NCBI GenBank assembly: GCA_025201805.1
Contig: MU619361.1
Span: 3,807 to 57,711, forward strand
Source of the DNA: Parasitella parasitica NRRL 2501
Lineage: Eukaryota; Fungi; Mucoromycota
DNA: 53,905 bases
Reading direction: 5' to 3'
Below the pieces are notes generated by a model, which saw only the letters and a program-made list of their open reading frames with translations, was not told where the DNA came from and ran no database searches. The position numbers were made by a program, and so were the translations under genes. Positions 38,791 to 52,150 of this stretch are shown one piece after another (the stretch's first letter is position 1; the number at the start of each line of letters is the position of its first letter).

Positions 38791-41545
38791 TGTAATGTAG
38801 ACAGAAAGAGAAATGCAGCAACGCCAACAAGTTGGACGCATCTTTTGCACACTCTCCCCAGAACACACCTCAAGCTCCAATAGTGATCTGCCCTTGGGCT
38901 CTGAGTAGAGAGAAGAAAGTGTATTAGAATACTATTCCCGTCAATTTTTTCAATAAAACAGTTTCCGATGCTATAACAAGCATTCGATTTCGACCAAAAC
39001 AACTATACGATATGGTAAAGTTTAATCAGTAAACGTAGAGAAAAATTTTCATAAACGGTATCATTTTAGTACAAAACAGAGACTTTTATAAGTACGCATT
39101 TGCTCAAATTTTATACCGTAAACGCAATCCTATATCAATACAAAATTAAGTCAAAATCCCAAATACTCTTATTTACCAAACTGTACAGAGAAGTAGGGCG
39201 AGTACTGCATAAAATTTTGGAGGGATATGGATTGGACTCAAATAAATGAGTCTAGCTCATTCTACGTCTTTTTTTTTTTTTTTGATTTCATTAATTTTGG
39301 CTTATTACTTTAATAAAGACTTGACTTTTCCAAAGAAATAGCAAAGAGATATATTGCTATACTAGATTTATTTAGGAAAGTATAAATTTTGGTATTTGCG
39401 CTTGATAATAATTAGTTATGACGATTATCATGTTAATTGAAGCGTATTTCTATGTTTTCTACGTATTTCTGTGTGGAGAAAAAACTTTTATTTTCATAAT
39501 CAACTAGTTAGTTATAACATTTGCAATAAAAATCGCCAAACTGAGATCGATCTTGGGAAACTCATAGTTGACCCATCGCTTTATACTTCAAACATTTTTT
39601 GCATTGACGAGAAAATGTATATATATCACCAGAAAACAGTGTTTATTATAAAAAAAATCCATATAAACGTTTGTACCTATCAATGCAAACCAAATCAGGG
39701 TTTGTTTTGAGCTTGATTAATACAGACCTAATCAGGTATACTTGGTATACAGAGATAACGCTAAATCAGATACATCTAGTAAAGTATAATAATGGCCTAT
39801 GGAATTTGTTCAAATTAGCGAAAAATATTGTCAAGTAATAAAGATATTGGGCTTGGTTTTAGGATTAAATGGCACAACTTTTCAGTTTATACATGAATTG
39901 CAACCAACGACTATTGTTGTTATTCAACAAGCAAAATATGAGGTCAATAGGTAACTTGGAAATATCTTGATATGAATCGATGACTAAGGTGTTGTGAAAT
40001 ATAGATTCAAAAGTCATTCTGATGCAGATAGATTCTTTTATTGAAAATGAATGCTACTCAACGTAAGCATTTACTTTTTTCCTCGCTTAAATGCATCATC
40101 TGCAATGTCTAATATTTTTTCAAGCTGTTAAGCAATGAAAGTATCTTTTTTAGCTGAAGTCTACCTCTGTAGCTTCATTCTTTAACACATGTATAATTTG
40201 CTACATTTTTGTTTTGACTTTAGGTTCTTTGAACGCCCTATTATTGTTTACGGCTTTTACAGATGAAAACAAAACTACTTCCTAGTATGTTTGAGGCCAC
40301 TGATTTGTGATAATAAATTGAGCAAGTAGGCTACAGGATGTTGTTGACCGATTTTGAATTCGATTTTGCAGCTATTGTTGAATCTGTAGGCAGGAAATAT
40401 TTCTCTAATCTTCCTTGGTGTAGTCATTGCGATGCGATCAATTAAAGGTCGTGCTATTATGGATGTGCTCTATGGTTCTATTTGCTTTTCAAAAAGTTTG
40501 GTTCCTCTATATGTAATAGCCAGCCGAAGTACTGACTTTATGTTTATAAACGATATTCCCTCTAATTCGATAATATGGAAGGCATCATAAGATACGCTCA
40601 TTGCGTTTTCTCTGTCATTTTCTTTTGATAAACTTTTTTTTTGAATATAGTACTGACATCAAATCATCTGCTTTTCAGCGATTAAAGCTGCAAGTGCTTG
40701 GTTATTGTGAAATAAACTAGCAAGTTGCATTTCATCGTAGTAGTTCTTCATCTCAAGCCTAATATTTCATAGATTGACATTATGCAGCTTGTAGAGGGTC
40801 GATTTCTAATCAATATCTCGAGTGCCAAGGAATAGGCGTGGTATTTTTGAAGCTGATATGCAATAACTTTATTATGATGCAAGTATTTAACCTTTCGTGT
40901 CTAGAATGGTCATTTCATGATCACAGGTATGACTACACGTACATGCTTACTTGGTCATACGGGCCATGACGATAATAAATAAAACACTGTCATCGTTTTA
41001 AGCGCAAGACGCAATGTAGGTGGATACACAGCTAGAGTAATCAGGCATTAGGACAAACGGGCAAGCTTAATTTTTGCCGTTGCAAACCTTGGCTTTGAAC
41101 AGAAATTTATAGGTAAAAGCTTGCTTTCAGATGCATCATGATGATCTGCAATTTAAACAATTGCAACAAACAGCCATTATCCGAGATGCATATGTAAATA
41201 CGGCAGCTTCAAAAAGGATTGCAAGAGCAGATCTCATCTCTATATTTCTTCAGCCCTTTCATTAATTTAGAAACAAACAGCCATAATAGAAACTAGAAAC
41301 GGGGAAAGAAGGATGCTTGCTTTTGTTTTCTGATTGCGTTTTTAGCTAATCAAACAAATAAACTTCCAAGACAAAAAAAAGGTGCTTAAAAACAAAAATG
41401 GCAATTTAAACCACCAGAAAAGGCCCCCACCCTTTCTTTCTTCCTCTCTTTTTTTTTTATAAAATACCCCTACAATTTTATTGTGATTTTTCTCTTCTTT
41501 TTTCCTCTTTCCTCCTCAACAAACTACACTTGACAAACCAAAGAA

Positions 41546-43172
41546 ATGACGAAACAAGATCTTTCTCCACCAGCAACACCACCAACACATAGCCCTGTCC
41601 CATATAGATTGAATTTACAACACCAATTGCTATCACCATCATCAGTAAAAGCAGAAGAAACAGGAGATAAACAAGATTATTTAACTAATTTAAAAAACTC
41701 CTTTCACCTCCTCACACCTACCCAGAAGCAATACTTTTTATTCGATATTATCAGCAGTTGTGATAATTCTCAACTTACTTTTCTAAACAACATCATTGCA
41801 CCTCGTCTAAAAGTCGACTTTTTCAAAGAATTACCACCAGAGATCTCTTTATTGATCCTATCTTACATCACTGTGCCTTCCACATTGACTCGTGCAGCAT
41901 GTGTTTCGAAACATTGGAACATTTTAATACGGGATGAGGCCCTTTGGAAATCTCTCTGCAAATTCCACTGCTATAAACCACCCAACAAAGATGGATTTTG
42001 TTATCGAGAGTATTTTAAACGCAAATACAGCATTGCATGTGCTTGGAATAAAGGTGGCAAAGTCACCACAGTGGATGGCGGCTTTACTCAAGGTCTGGTG
42101 ACCTCACTCCAGTTTGATGAAAAATTCACAGTTGTAGGATGTGATAATCACCGCATTGAAGTATTTGATACCAATTCTGGCAAAAAAATCCGTACATTGG
42201 AAGGGCATGAAGGTGGTGTTTGGGCATTGCAATTTAAAGGAGGTGACGAGCAAGATCCCGAGAGAATATTACTTTCTGGTGGCTGTGATAGGTAAATTGT
42301 CGAAGAAAAAAGGGGGTGAGGGGAGTCCAATAAAGAGCTTTACACTTATTTTATTACATAGGGATGTACGAGTTTGGGACCTAAATCGTGGTAAATTAAA
42401 GTACATCCTCCGTGGTCACACTTCCACTGTAAGATGTTTGAAGATTAGAGACAAACGAATTGCGGTAACGGGCTCACGAGACACGACATTGAGAGTATGG
42501 GATATTAAAAGAGGCATTTTGTTACATGTCCTTACTGGACATCAAGCATCGGTGAGGTGTGTTGATATCCATGGCGACGTTGCTGTGTCTGGTTCGTACG
42601 ATTCTACTGCTAGAATATGGGATTTGCGTACTGGTTTATGTAAACATGTACTCATTGGTCATGTATCCCAAATTTATACCATTGTGACTAATGGAACCAT
42701 TATTGCTACTGGATCAATGGATGCGCATATTCGAATTTGGTCTGTTGAGACTGGTGAATGTTTATCCACTTTGCATGGACATACTTCGCTTGTGGGGCAG
42801 TTACAGTTGTCAGGAAATATACTTGTGTCTGGAGGAGCTGACGGTTGTGTCAGAGTCTGGGATATGGAAACATTTGAATGTACTCAACAATTCTCAGCAC
42901 ACGATAACTCTATCACTTGCTTGCAATTTGATAATGATCATATACTTAGTGCCGCAAATGATGGCAAAGTCAAGCTTTGGGATATCAAACGTGGAAGATT
43001 ATTGCGGAATTTTACTCAACCTTCGAAGATTGTTTGGAAAATACAGTTTAACGATACCAAAGCCGTTGTATTGATGCAAAGACCAAGATCAGATGGATCA
43101 GACGAGGGCAGAACTGTGATGGAAATACATGATTTTGATTTGTCAGCATCCTCGCTCATAGAGGAATTGTAA
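41546..43172 (+). CDS. F-box/WD40 SCF substrate receptor, Cdc4/Fbw7-like
   Basis: DFFKELPPEISLLILSY F-box; WD40 repeats GHEGGVWAL, GHTSTVRCL, GHQASVRC, GHTSLVGQL; intron 42292-42361. Confidence 0.92.
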
Positions 43173-45144
43173 ATATAGCTTTTTGCTTCAAATTCGGACA
43201 ATGTTAATTTTCTCTTGGGCGAATCAAAATTAAAATTCGAATACTTAGGCTACTTTTTTTGGCAAACCAGAAAAGAATTTTAGAACTCAATAATACCACT
43301 TTTAGACACTCTGCTTACAAAATGACCTATCAATGTATCTTTCTTTCTAGTCTTTTCACTAAACTCCTGAATTCAGTCAGTGTCGTAAATTACTACTGAA
43401 AATTGGAAGATGATAATGTAATGTCTTCTGACGAAAAAGTCGTCTCATTTTTAGAAGAGACCAACACACAGAATTTTGAGCAACAAGATCAAAATTTATT
43501 TAGTGTAGAGCGCGTGTGCGAACATTTGATAAAAGGTGAATAGTAGTCAAATATAAACTAATAAATAAAAACTTGTATTTGGAGTGGAAAGAGAGATCCA
43601 TTTTGATTCTCAAGCCTTTATAAGTGATGGCATTCTATGATTCAAAATTTGCATACTATACAAAAGATTTCTGTGAAAAAAAAAAAAATAGCTGGAGAAC
43701 ACCGAGAAAATAATTCTCTTCTGAACAAAGCAATAGTAAAAAAGCATGAACCGATATAACTCAATAGCATTGCTGCTTCTGAATTCACAATATCATGCAA
43801 GTAAAGGCTCCCTTCCGAAATGTATGCGACACTACACAATATAAACTACTGTACCCAAAAATGATTTTTTGGTTTTAAGTAGGATATTTAATTTATCTTG
43901 GTCTGTGGTGTTCACATATAGAGATTGAAAGGATACACGAAGAAATAACAGTGTAAATCAAGATTTGTTTAATTGTTATTGACATAAAAAGCAGACTGTG
44001 CATATAAATAACACTTTACGATGTACTTCATGTAAAAACCAGAGAATAAAGTTTTTTTTTAATGCCGAATATCGAAATCAAATAGGTGAAGTTAACCGTT
44101 TACATATTAGATTCTTGGGACTTTGTCAAGTTAACCAAAGGTGTGTAAATAGACTGTCATTGACAGATTTCAGAACGCTATATCTAATGCAATTCAGTGT
44201 GATGGATCCCAATCTTTCAAGAAATATGATCTTCCTTCCGTACCTGCAGTCCGTTCAAGACTCATCTTGCTTTGCTCTCATGATGTATTCCTCTAAAGTC
44301 TTCATTATCTGAAAATGGATTATCTTTCAAGTTGAGATTGAATTACTGCTATTTCTACATCTCGCCGATCCGTAATCGGAAATGCCACCAGCGTTTATCA
44401 TAGACAAAAAGTGAACACGAATTTTAGCAAGGTTGGCTATTTTTGTATACTACCTTTTTCAAAATTAACCATTAGCGTTCCTAGACTTCATTGAACGAAT
44501 TAATAAAGTAGCGTGTTTTCTTGGATATTGTATAGCTACATCAATTGACATATCTTGATATGGTCTCTTTTACTTCTCATTAATTTATTCGCAATTTTCT
44601 TGGATAGATCAAGTTAAGTATGAGTGCATTTTTGTGATTGAACTTTTCTCTACTGAGATGTTCTTGTTATTGAATCATGTTACAACGACAGGGAACTGCT
44701 AATTTCCTTCCATTTTTTTGCATTTGGCATTGGAGATTGCCATTAATAAATTTAGTTTCTTCAAGTAATCAGGTCATGATTTGACTCAGTTAGTTTGGAA
44801 GACAGGTTTCTTGAGACTTGAAAGGAGAATGTAAAAGAAAGGATCAATGCGTGCGGCATGAGTTACCCTACCCATCATTATGAAACGTTGTATGCATATC
44901 AGAGTGGCTTATGGGTAATTGAAATCAGAGCATCATGAAATGCTTTTACCTAGTTGACATGAGATAATTGATCGCCAATGAGGGAAAATCATTCCCTTTT
45001 CATATTCTCTTCCCATTGTATTCATATTCATTGTGGACCAATTTTCATGACAAATCCAGTATCCCACACTAAGAGCGCGTATTATTTAAGAGGTACAAAT
45101 TCGGGACTGGAAGTGTACCAATTTTCCTCTCTGTTTACGACACC

Positions 45145-47164
45145 ATGTCTAAATTGTATATTTTAAACGAAAAGAATGAGACCATTGTTGGTATACTTGA
45201 GAAAAAGCCTGAGATTGATGCAAATCGACCACAACCACGAGTTGTATTAATTGTGCACGGCATTTTAGGTTGGTTGGGAATTGTTTTTAGTTCTTGGGAT
45301 CTTGTTAACTTGTATTTAATAGGCCACAAAGATTATTTATTTCAAAGAGTACTTTCACAAACGCTTCCGATTACCTCATTTCGGTTTGATTTCAGAGGAA
45401 ATGGTGAGAGTGGTGGCTCTCCCGGATACTGCAATATTTTGGTACGTTCATGCGCATCAAAGAGTACAGGGCATATGTTTATGTAAATTATAGGAAGACG
45501 CAGAAGATATCCACACAGTTGCAAAATATTTTGAAGAATTAGGATATGAAATCTATGCGGTGATCGGTCATTCCCGAGGTAAATATGAGAATATTTCATA
45601 ATACGGCAGTCGTTTAATTATTAAAATAGGTGCATTATCTGCATTCAAGTTTGCTACCACATGCGAGAAACCATTGCCCATAGTGGTTAATTTATCGGGA
45701 AGATACAAAATGAATGACAATCAATTAAAGACAAGTCGACCTGAAATTGGGAAAGCACTACAAGAACATGTAGGTTCTTCATTTAACATTAGGAATTCAT
45801 TACAGATAAATAACATTAAATTTTAGGGATATTTTGATTGGCATGTAAAGCAAAGGGATCGCATTGCAACTGTCAAAGTAACTCAACCAGAGGTAGACAA
45901 GTTTTATAATTGGTCAAACGAACATGGTAATATAGAATTGATTTAAATTCACGATTTAGTAGATTTAAACTGACTCTATAACTACAGTTTCGAGAATGCC
46001 ATTAGCAACATGTGTATTGACATGTCATGGATTGAAAGACAAAGTACTGCAGTATTTTATGAAATTAATCGCCCTTCATATTTTAATTTACCATTTATAG
46101 ACTGTACCCCCTTACAATGCGGCTATGTTTGCAAACAAGATTCCTAATCATACGCTAGTCCTTTTGCCAGAGGGCGACCACAATTTCAGAGGCCAGTTTG
46201 AACAGGTAACCAAAGTTGTAATCGATTTCTTTGCCAAGCATGAACATGATAACTACCAAAGAGCGCTTGCGATGGGCCAGACAACAAGCCTTGTCATTCC
46301 TCGTTGGATTGATATTGATGGCGTAAGCAATTTTCGCGATATTGGTGGTTGGCCGCTGAAAGATGGAAGCGGCTATATCCGTGAAAGAGTGGTGTTCAGA
46401 TCTGGACATTTATCTAAATTGTCAACTCAGGGCAGAGCTCAATTGAATAAATTAAACATTAAGGCTACATTTGACTTTAGATTGGATCATGAAATTAAAA
46501 GAGACGGTATCATGCAGTAAGTTTTAATTATTAGCAATGTCAAGTATGCAAACGTGTTCACTGTATTTACTACAGAAAATTGCCTGGTGTTACTCGATTC
46601 GGATATAATCTGTACGAAAATGTTGTCAAATCCGACAAGGATCTATTCAGAACGTTGATGGTATACTTGGAGGGAGAGGAAGGGTTTGCTAGAGGCTACA
46701 TGTCCATCCTGGAATCCGGTAAAAAGCTAATTGGTGATGTGTTCAGATACATGGTTGCCGAGCTGTCTATCGAAGAAAAGTCTGCCATCATAGCTCACTG
46801 CACAGCAGGCAAAGACCGAACTGGAGTCTTTATCATGACATTGCTTGGATTATGTGGTGTTGATGAGGAAGTGATTGTTAGAGAATACGAACTGACTAAT
46901 CTTGGCTATTTTGATTTTGAGCAAAATTTGGAAGAAAGAGCAGCGCAACTGGACATCACTGTGGACGCTATGCGTGCAGCCTTGTCTGCCTCCGTAGGCG
47001 GAATGAGGCTAACAATCAGCCAAATTAAGCAAAAATACGGATCGTTTGAAGGCTTTGTCAGAGAAGGCTGTGGACTGTCAAGCTCTGAAGTTCAGGCTCT
47101 TCGAGATTTAATGATTATGCCTATACGATTTGAGGAACGTCAGTTATATAGACCTAAAATTTAG
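45145..47164 (+). CDS. Fusion: N-terminal alpha/beta hydrolase + C-terminal PtpB-like (Y_phosphatase3) phosphatase
   Basis: HGILGHKD, RFDFRGNGES, GHSRG, HGLKDKTVP, EGDHNF, then within one exon GVSNFRDIGGW, VFRSG, and HCTAGKDRTG. Confidence 0.88.
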
Positions 47165-47405
47165 AAATTAGCTATTGCAGTATGGAAAGGAAGAATGTAT
47201 AAAAAACCTCCGTTTATTATGCTCCCCCCAAATACAATTGAAGCACACACATTTATACACGCACGTACTTGCACCAACTCAGTGGGCAATACAATAAGAA
47301 ACACCCCTTTTGTGTGCAAAATACATTTACACATATTTAAATGCAATTTAAACCCTTCTTTCCTCTTCCTTCTTTCCTCTCTATCTTTTTTGCTTTCTTT
47401 TTTCA

Positions 47406-48656
47406 ATGGACTATCAGTATACCAATCAACCTCATTTAGCCGTATGCTTGCCCGAAATTGTAAGCCATATCCTGTCATTTCTTGTCCCTTCACAATTTCA
47501 AGATGAACCAAAAAAGAAGATTAATGTCGACCTTTATCCATGTATGTTGGTGAATCGTCTGTGGCATGACAGTGCTAGTCGAATTGTTTGGAGAAAGGCT
47601 TATTTCGAGGACACAAAAGATGATTTGGATATCTTTCTCAAATTTGCCTCTGTAATGTACGATGCACCCATCCCAGTGATATCGCCTTCCACCTCCTCAT
47701 CATCAGCAAGTGCTGCACAGCTAGCGATCAGTCAATACTCGGATACGCCCGCCTTGTCGAGCTACCCAAGTAGATCCTCCTCTATATCTAGTGTGTCTAC
47801 AGTCGATACGCCTGCTGAATACTATGACGGGCATGATACAAAAATGACAACTGATGAACTTTTTGCTGAGATCGATGTCCGAGCTCAAAAACACATGGAT
47901 ACAACTGCCCGACTGTCAACATACCGCAATGCATTACGGGCGTTATCTATTCGAAAAATGAAGGAAAAAACTATCAACGAGCCACTATCCCGCATTGGAC
48001 AGAATGCCAACAAATTGGAGCATTTGGATGTATACATCTGTGATCACTTTTCTAACGAAGCGCTGAATCCCTTCCTGGCCCATTCAAACCTTACTTATCT
48101 GTCACTAGCAGGCTGTCATCATATCTCCGATAGTGCTATCCTCAAAGTAGCTGAATACTGTCGTCGTTTGGAGCATTTAGATTTACGTGCATGTGGACTA
48201 GTTTCAGATGTCTCCTTGTCAGCTATTGCTATGCAATGCCCCCGTTTAAGGCACCTAAATGTGGGTCGTATCCGAGATCGTGAAAAAGTCTCTATCAAGT
48301 CCATTGCGCTAATTGCTCAGTACACTCAAGCTGCTGTTTTGGGCTTGGCTGGCTGTGACATTGACGATGCTTGCATGCAGATACTAGCAAGATATAGGTC
48401 AACAGGATTGGAGCGTGTATCAGTTAATAGCTGCTTTAAGATCTCAAATGAAACTGTCTATGCCTACATCAAGTATTGTCCAAATTTGTCGGTATTTGAG
48501 ATGAAAGAATGTCATAATGTGAATGATTGGGGAGCAGTCGCTGAATTGGTACAAAGAAAGGTCTTGCTAACCTTGTGCGATGAACAGAACAGAGCTTGCG
48601 CAGATTGGGCGAGGATACGTGGAAGGACCTTGGATGTCAAAGCACCCCTCAAGTAA
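47406..48656 (+). CDS. F-box / cysteine-containing LRR (FBXL/Amn1-like) protein, intronless
   Basis: LPEIVSHILSFL..CMLVNRLW F-box; LTYLSLAGCHHISD, LEHLDLRACGLVSD repeats. Confidence 0.85.
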   Translation: MDYQYTNQPHLAVCLPEIVSHILSFLVPSQFQDEPKKKINVDLYPCMLVNRLWHDSASRIVWRKAYFEDTKDDLDIFLKFASVMYDAPIPVISPSTSSSSASAAQLAISQYSDTPALSSYPSRSSSISSVSTVDTPAEYYDGHDTKMTTDELFAEIDVRAQKHMDTTARLSTYRNALRALSIRKMKEKTINEPLSRIGQNANKLEHLDVYICDHFSNEALNPFLAHSNLTYLSLAGCHHISDSAILKVAEYCRRLEHLDLRACGLVSDVSLSAIAMQCPRLRHLNVGRIRDREKVSIKSIALIAQYTQAAVLGLAGCDIDDACMQILARYRSTGLERVSVNSCFKISNETVYAYIKYCPNLSVFEMKECHNVNDWGAVAELVQRKVLLTLCDEQNRACADWARIRGRTLDVKAPLK

Positions 48657-50147
48657 CGCTATTATACAGAAAGTAAAAAAGTAAAATACATAATACCCCA
48701 TACTACTACATACCACTTTTTGATGTATATAAATTTACAATACAATACCCCTACGCTCGCTTAATTTATCTCAATTTTACTCTTTTGGATACATTGACTA
48801 TCTTAATAAACAATATCTCCAAATACCATAAAGAATGCAATTGATATCATGCCGGTTATCTGGTAAAAAAGAACCCCCACAAACTATGCATACATATGCA
48901 CATCGAGAATTGTTTGATAGAATACAGTTCGGTTGGTAAATTTTGTCTGTTTTGAAAACGCCTAATAGCTCATACTGGACAGTACTCAGGCTTCGTATGA
49001 TCTGAGAGCGTCTGTTCAAACAACAAGACGATGTATAACCAAGCTTTTCTTTTTCTGGTATGTTTATACCAATACAATGATACAATAGTATATTTAAATG
49101 TGTAGATTTATTCTACAATGACTTTTTTACATATGATAGCGAGTCTTTAATAGATGGACGTCAATATTTGAAGATTTTAGTTCTTTTAGAATAAAATCTA
49201 TCTATCATCTAATCGAATTTCCTTTTCCTTTTTTTTTTTTTTTTTTTACGATTTGCAATAAATCCACAATCTACTCACAGATGTTGAATTTTAACGACTA
49301 AAGCTTTCAGATGATTAAATGTTGCATTAATTTGCTGTAATTGATATGCCTTTATAGCTTTTTTTGTTGAGTTTTGGTTGCAAACAGGTTACGAATACTG
49401 TTAAAATGCCCAGCGTGAGAAATGATTTTGTTGTTTATCACGATAATAGCCTACCAGTTTATCGACAACTAAGATTGAATTCGCGTTTATAATTTGAATT
49501 GATTGGTTTTAATCTGCTTTTGTTGTTACATCAGTAAGTAGTAGCAGTATTTTGATATATAAAAGGAAGAGAACAAAANNNNNNNNNNNNNNNNNNNNNN
49601 NNNNNNNNNNNNNNNNNNNNNNNNNNNNNNNNNNNTGTAATTGATATGCCTTTATAGCTTTTTTTGTTGTTTTTTCTTTTTTCCAGCAAATATTCTTTTG
49701 TTAAAGATATTTTCCAATGTTGATACAATCTAAGAGTTGCATTTATTTCAACATTTGTAGCTACGATTAATTATGCCGTAGATGTAGAAAAAATTTGATA
49801 TTTACGAAACATATTTGTACATAGAGTTTATTATTTGCAATGTATATTTATCATTAATCTCAAAGTTGAATAGTAGTATTCTATGTATCCAGCTCACATT
49901 TTCCTGTGTGAAATCATCGATAAAGAAACAGTTCCATTAAATTGGGGCGTAAAAAAAGCCATCATTTTGAAGATTTCAATCACAACGCAACCTCTGCCGG
50001 ACAGCTCTAATCAATAGGGCTGCACTACAAATACGCGTTTCCGTTTTCCTGGTATTGGTTTTTGTTTTTTTCATTGTAAATATCCATTAAAAAGCAAAAT
50101 CAAACGTTCGTACGCGCCCAACCAGAAGCGAAATAGAAACTCTTACC

Positions 50148-51238
50148 ATGGCCACTACTATTACTGCAGAACAACAGCAACAGCAACAACAAGAAGAAGC
50201 CAACGCCCAACTTGCTTCACAAGATGTAGGCTTGATCTTTGTTCGTGAATACTATACCTTCTTGAACAAGAAGCCCAACAGACTCCACGCCTTTTACAAT
50301 AAGGATTCTACTTTTGTGAGAGGAGACGAAGGTACTCTTACAAATACTATTAAGGGACAAGAGGTAAGTAGTTGTAGGTGGGGGCGGGCGAGAGGGAGGG
50401 GAGACTAAAGCAAGATTCAAATGAACTTACCACTTATACATGTGTATGTGTATAATAGGAAATCCGTAAAAAGATTGAAGAGTGTAAATTTGAGGATTGC
50501 AAAGTATTAATCACTCAAGTTGATAGTCAAACCTCTGCCAATAATGGCATTTTGATTCAAGCTTTGGGTGAAATGTGCAATCAAAATGGTCCTTCGCAGA
50601 AGTTTAGTCAAACATTCTTTTTAGCAACTCAACCTAATGGCTATTACGTGCTCAATGATATTTTCAGATTCTTGAAGGATGAAGTGGAGATTGACTATTA
50701 TACTGTTGATCATGAAGAGGCCGGTTCTGCCCCCGCTGTTCCCACTGCGGTCACACCCATTGTCAACAACATTGCTTCCCCTGCTATTCATCAGCAAACT
50801 CCTCCAACCCCCTCTCAAGATGCTGCCGTTGGTAATGCAACTACTACTGTTGTCAGTAACGATGATAATACAGCTGCTTCGCCTGTTGTTACTCAAAAAT
50901 CAGCCATGGCTACACAGCAACATGAAACTCCTGTTGCCGCTATTACTGCGACTCCTGATGCCGTGCCTTCTTCTCCCGCCAATGTCGCTCCCAAAAAGGA
51001 ATCGGAAACTGCTGTTACCTCAAAGAAAGAAGAACCCATAAAGAAATCTGAAGAGGAAATGAAGACAGAACAGGTTAAGAAGTGGGCAGAAGAAGTTACT
51101 GTTGCGAATGAAGCCCAAACAGGCTCTGATTCTGGAACTTCAACTCCTGTTGCCAATGCTACTCCAGATGCTGTACCTGCTGTTGAAGAAAAGAAAAGAA
51201 AGGCTGATTCTAAACAACAAAAAGCCGATAAAACTCAA

Positions 51239-51293
<55 letters not shown>

Positions 51294-52057
51294 TTGAGAA
51301 GCCAGTTGCAGCTAAGCCTACTGCACCCAAGACTTGGGCTAATTTAACTGCTGCTACTCCTGCCACCAATGGTATTGCAATTGATAGGGCGTCTACAACT
51401 GCTACGGCTGGTACTTCTTCAGCATCAACCGTCACTAGCGAGAAGCCATCCGTTGCAAATGCTCAACCCCAACCTCAACCTCAACGTCAACCTCAACAAC
51501 AACAGCAGCAACAATCTCAACCTCAACAACAACAGCCCCAACAACAACAATTACAGCCCCAACAACAACAACAACAACAACAACATCATCAACATTCGAA
51601 TAAAAACCAACAAGCTCGTAAAGGTAAGTAAAAAAAGTACTAAAACGGTTACCTGACTTGACAAACCTGTGAATTCATTATAGTGTACGCCACTCAAATC
51701 TTTGTCAAATTGGTCAATGAATCTATCAATGAAGATCAATTAATTGAAGTATTTAGCGAAGTTGGAACAGTTAAATCATGCAGCATTGTCCGTCAAAAAA
51801 ACTGCGCCTTTGTTGAATTTAATTCGCCTGAATCATGTCAAAAAGCTTTGTTACAACACAAGTTTCCAGTACATGGACATACAGTGTTAGCTGAAGAGCG
51901 TCGCTATAACAATAATCAGCAAAGATATAATAATACAACACCCTTTGATCCACGTCGATCGAGTAATAATACAAATAGCAGTAGCGACCGTAAAGGGCAC
52001 AAGCAAAATCGACAAAATCAAGGTGGTAAAGGAAAAGGTGCACTGACAAGCAAATAG
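50148..52057 (+). CDS. G3BP/Bre5/Nxt3-like NTF2 + RRM protein
   Basis: VGLIFVREYYTFLNKKPNRLHAFY, KFSQTFFLA..GYYVLNDIFRFL NTF2 domain; PKTWANL; RRM CAFVEF..VLAEERR. Confidence 0.92.
51241..51293. repeat. (ACAGCA)n coding microsatellite (polyQ) in the G3BP-like gene
   Basis: About 9 perfect hexamer units. Confidence 0.9.
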
Positions 52058-52150
52058 ATTTCCTCTCCCATATGTATGCATACAAACAAAAATATCGATA
52101 CAAAATAAAATCTTTTCTACAATTATACATAATATATTTGATTTGGCTTG

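Noticed and set aside
39185-39225. ACAGAGAAG and AATTTTGG resembling U6/Sm-site motifs
   Set aside because: Flanks do not match any snRNA; expected by chance in AT-rich DNA
43421-43540. Exon-like MSSDEKVVSFLEE...HLIKG followed by GT
   Set aside because: No downstream exon could be linked; insufficient support for a gene
31651-48656. Three ubiquitin-ligase adaptors (LRR, F-box/WD40, F-box/LRR) within 17 kb as a functional cluster
   Set aside because: Unrelated genes and relic DNA intervene; these families are large, so co-occurrence is unremarkable
49336-49669. 34-bp direct repeat exactly 300 nt apart
   Set aside because: Second copy starts exactly at the edge of N gap 49579-49635; likely scaffolding artefact
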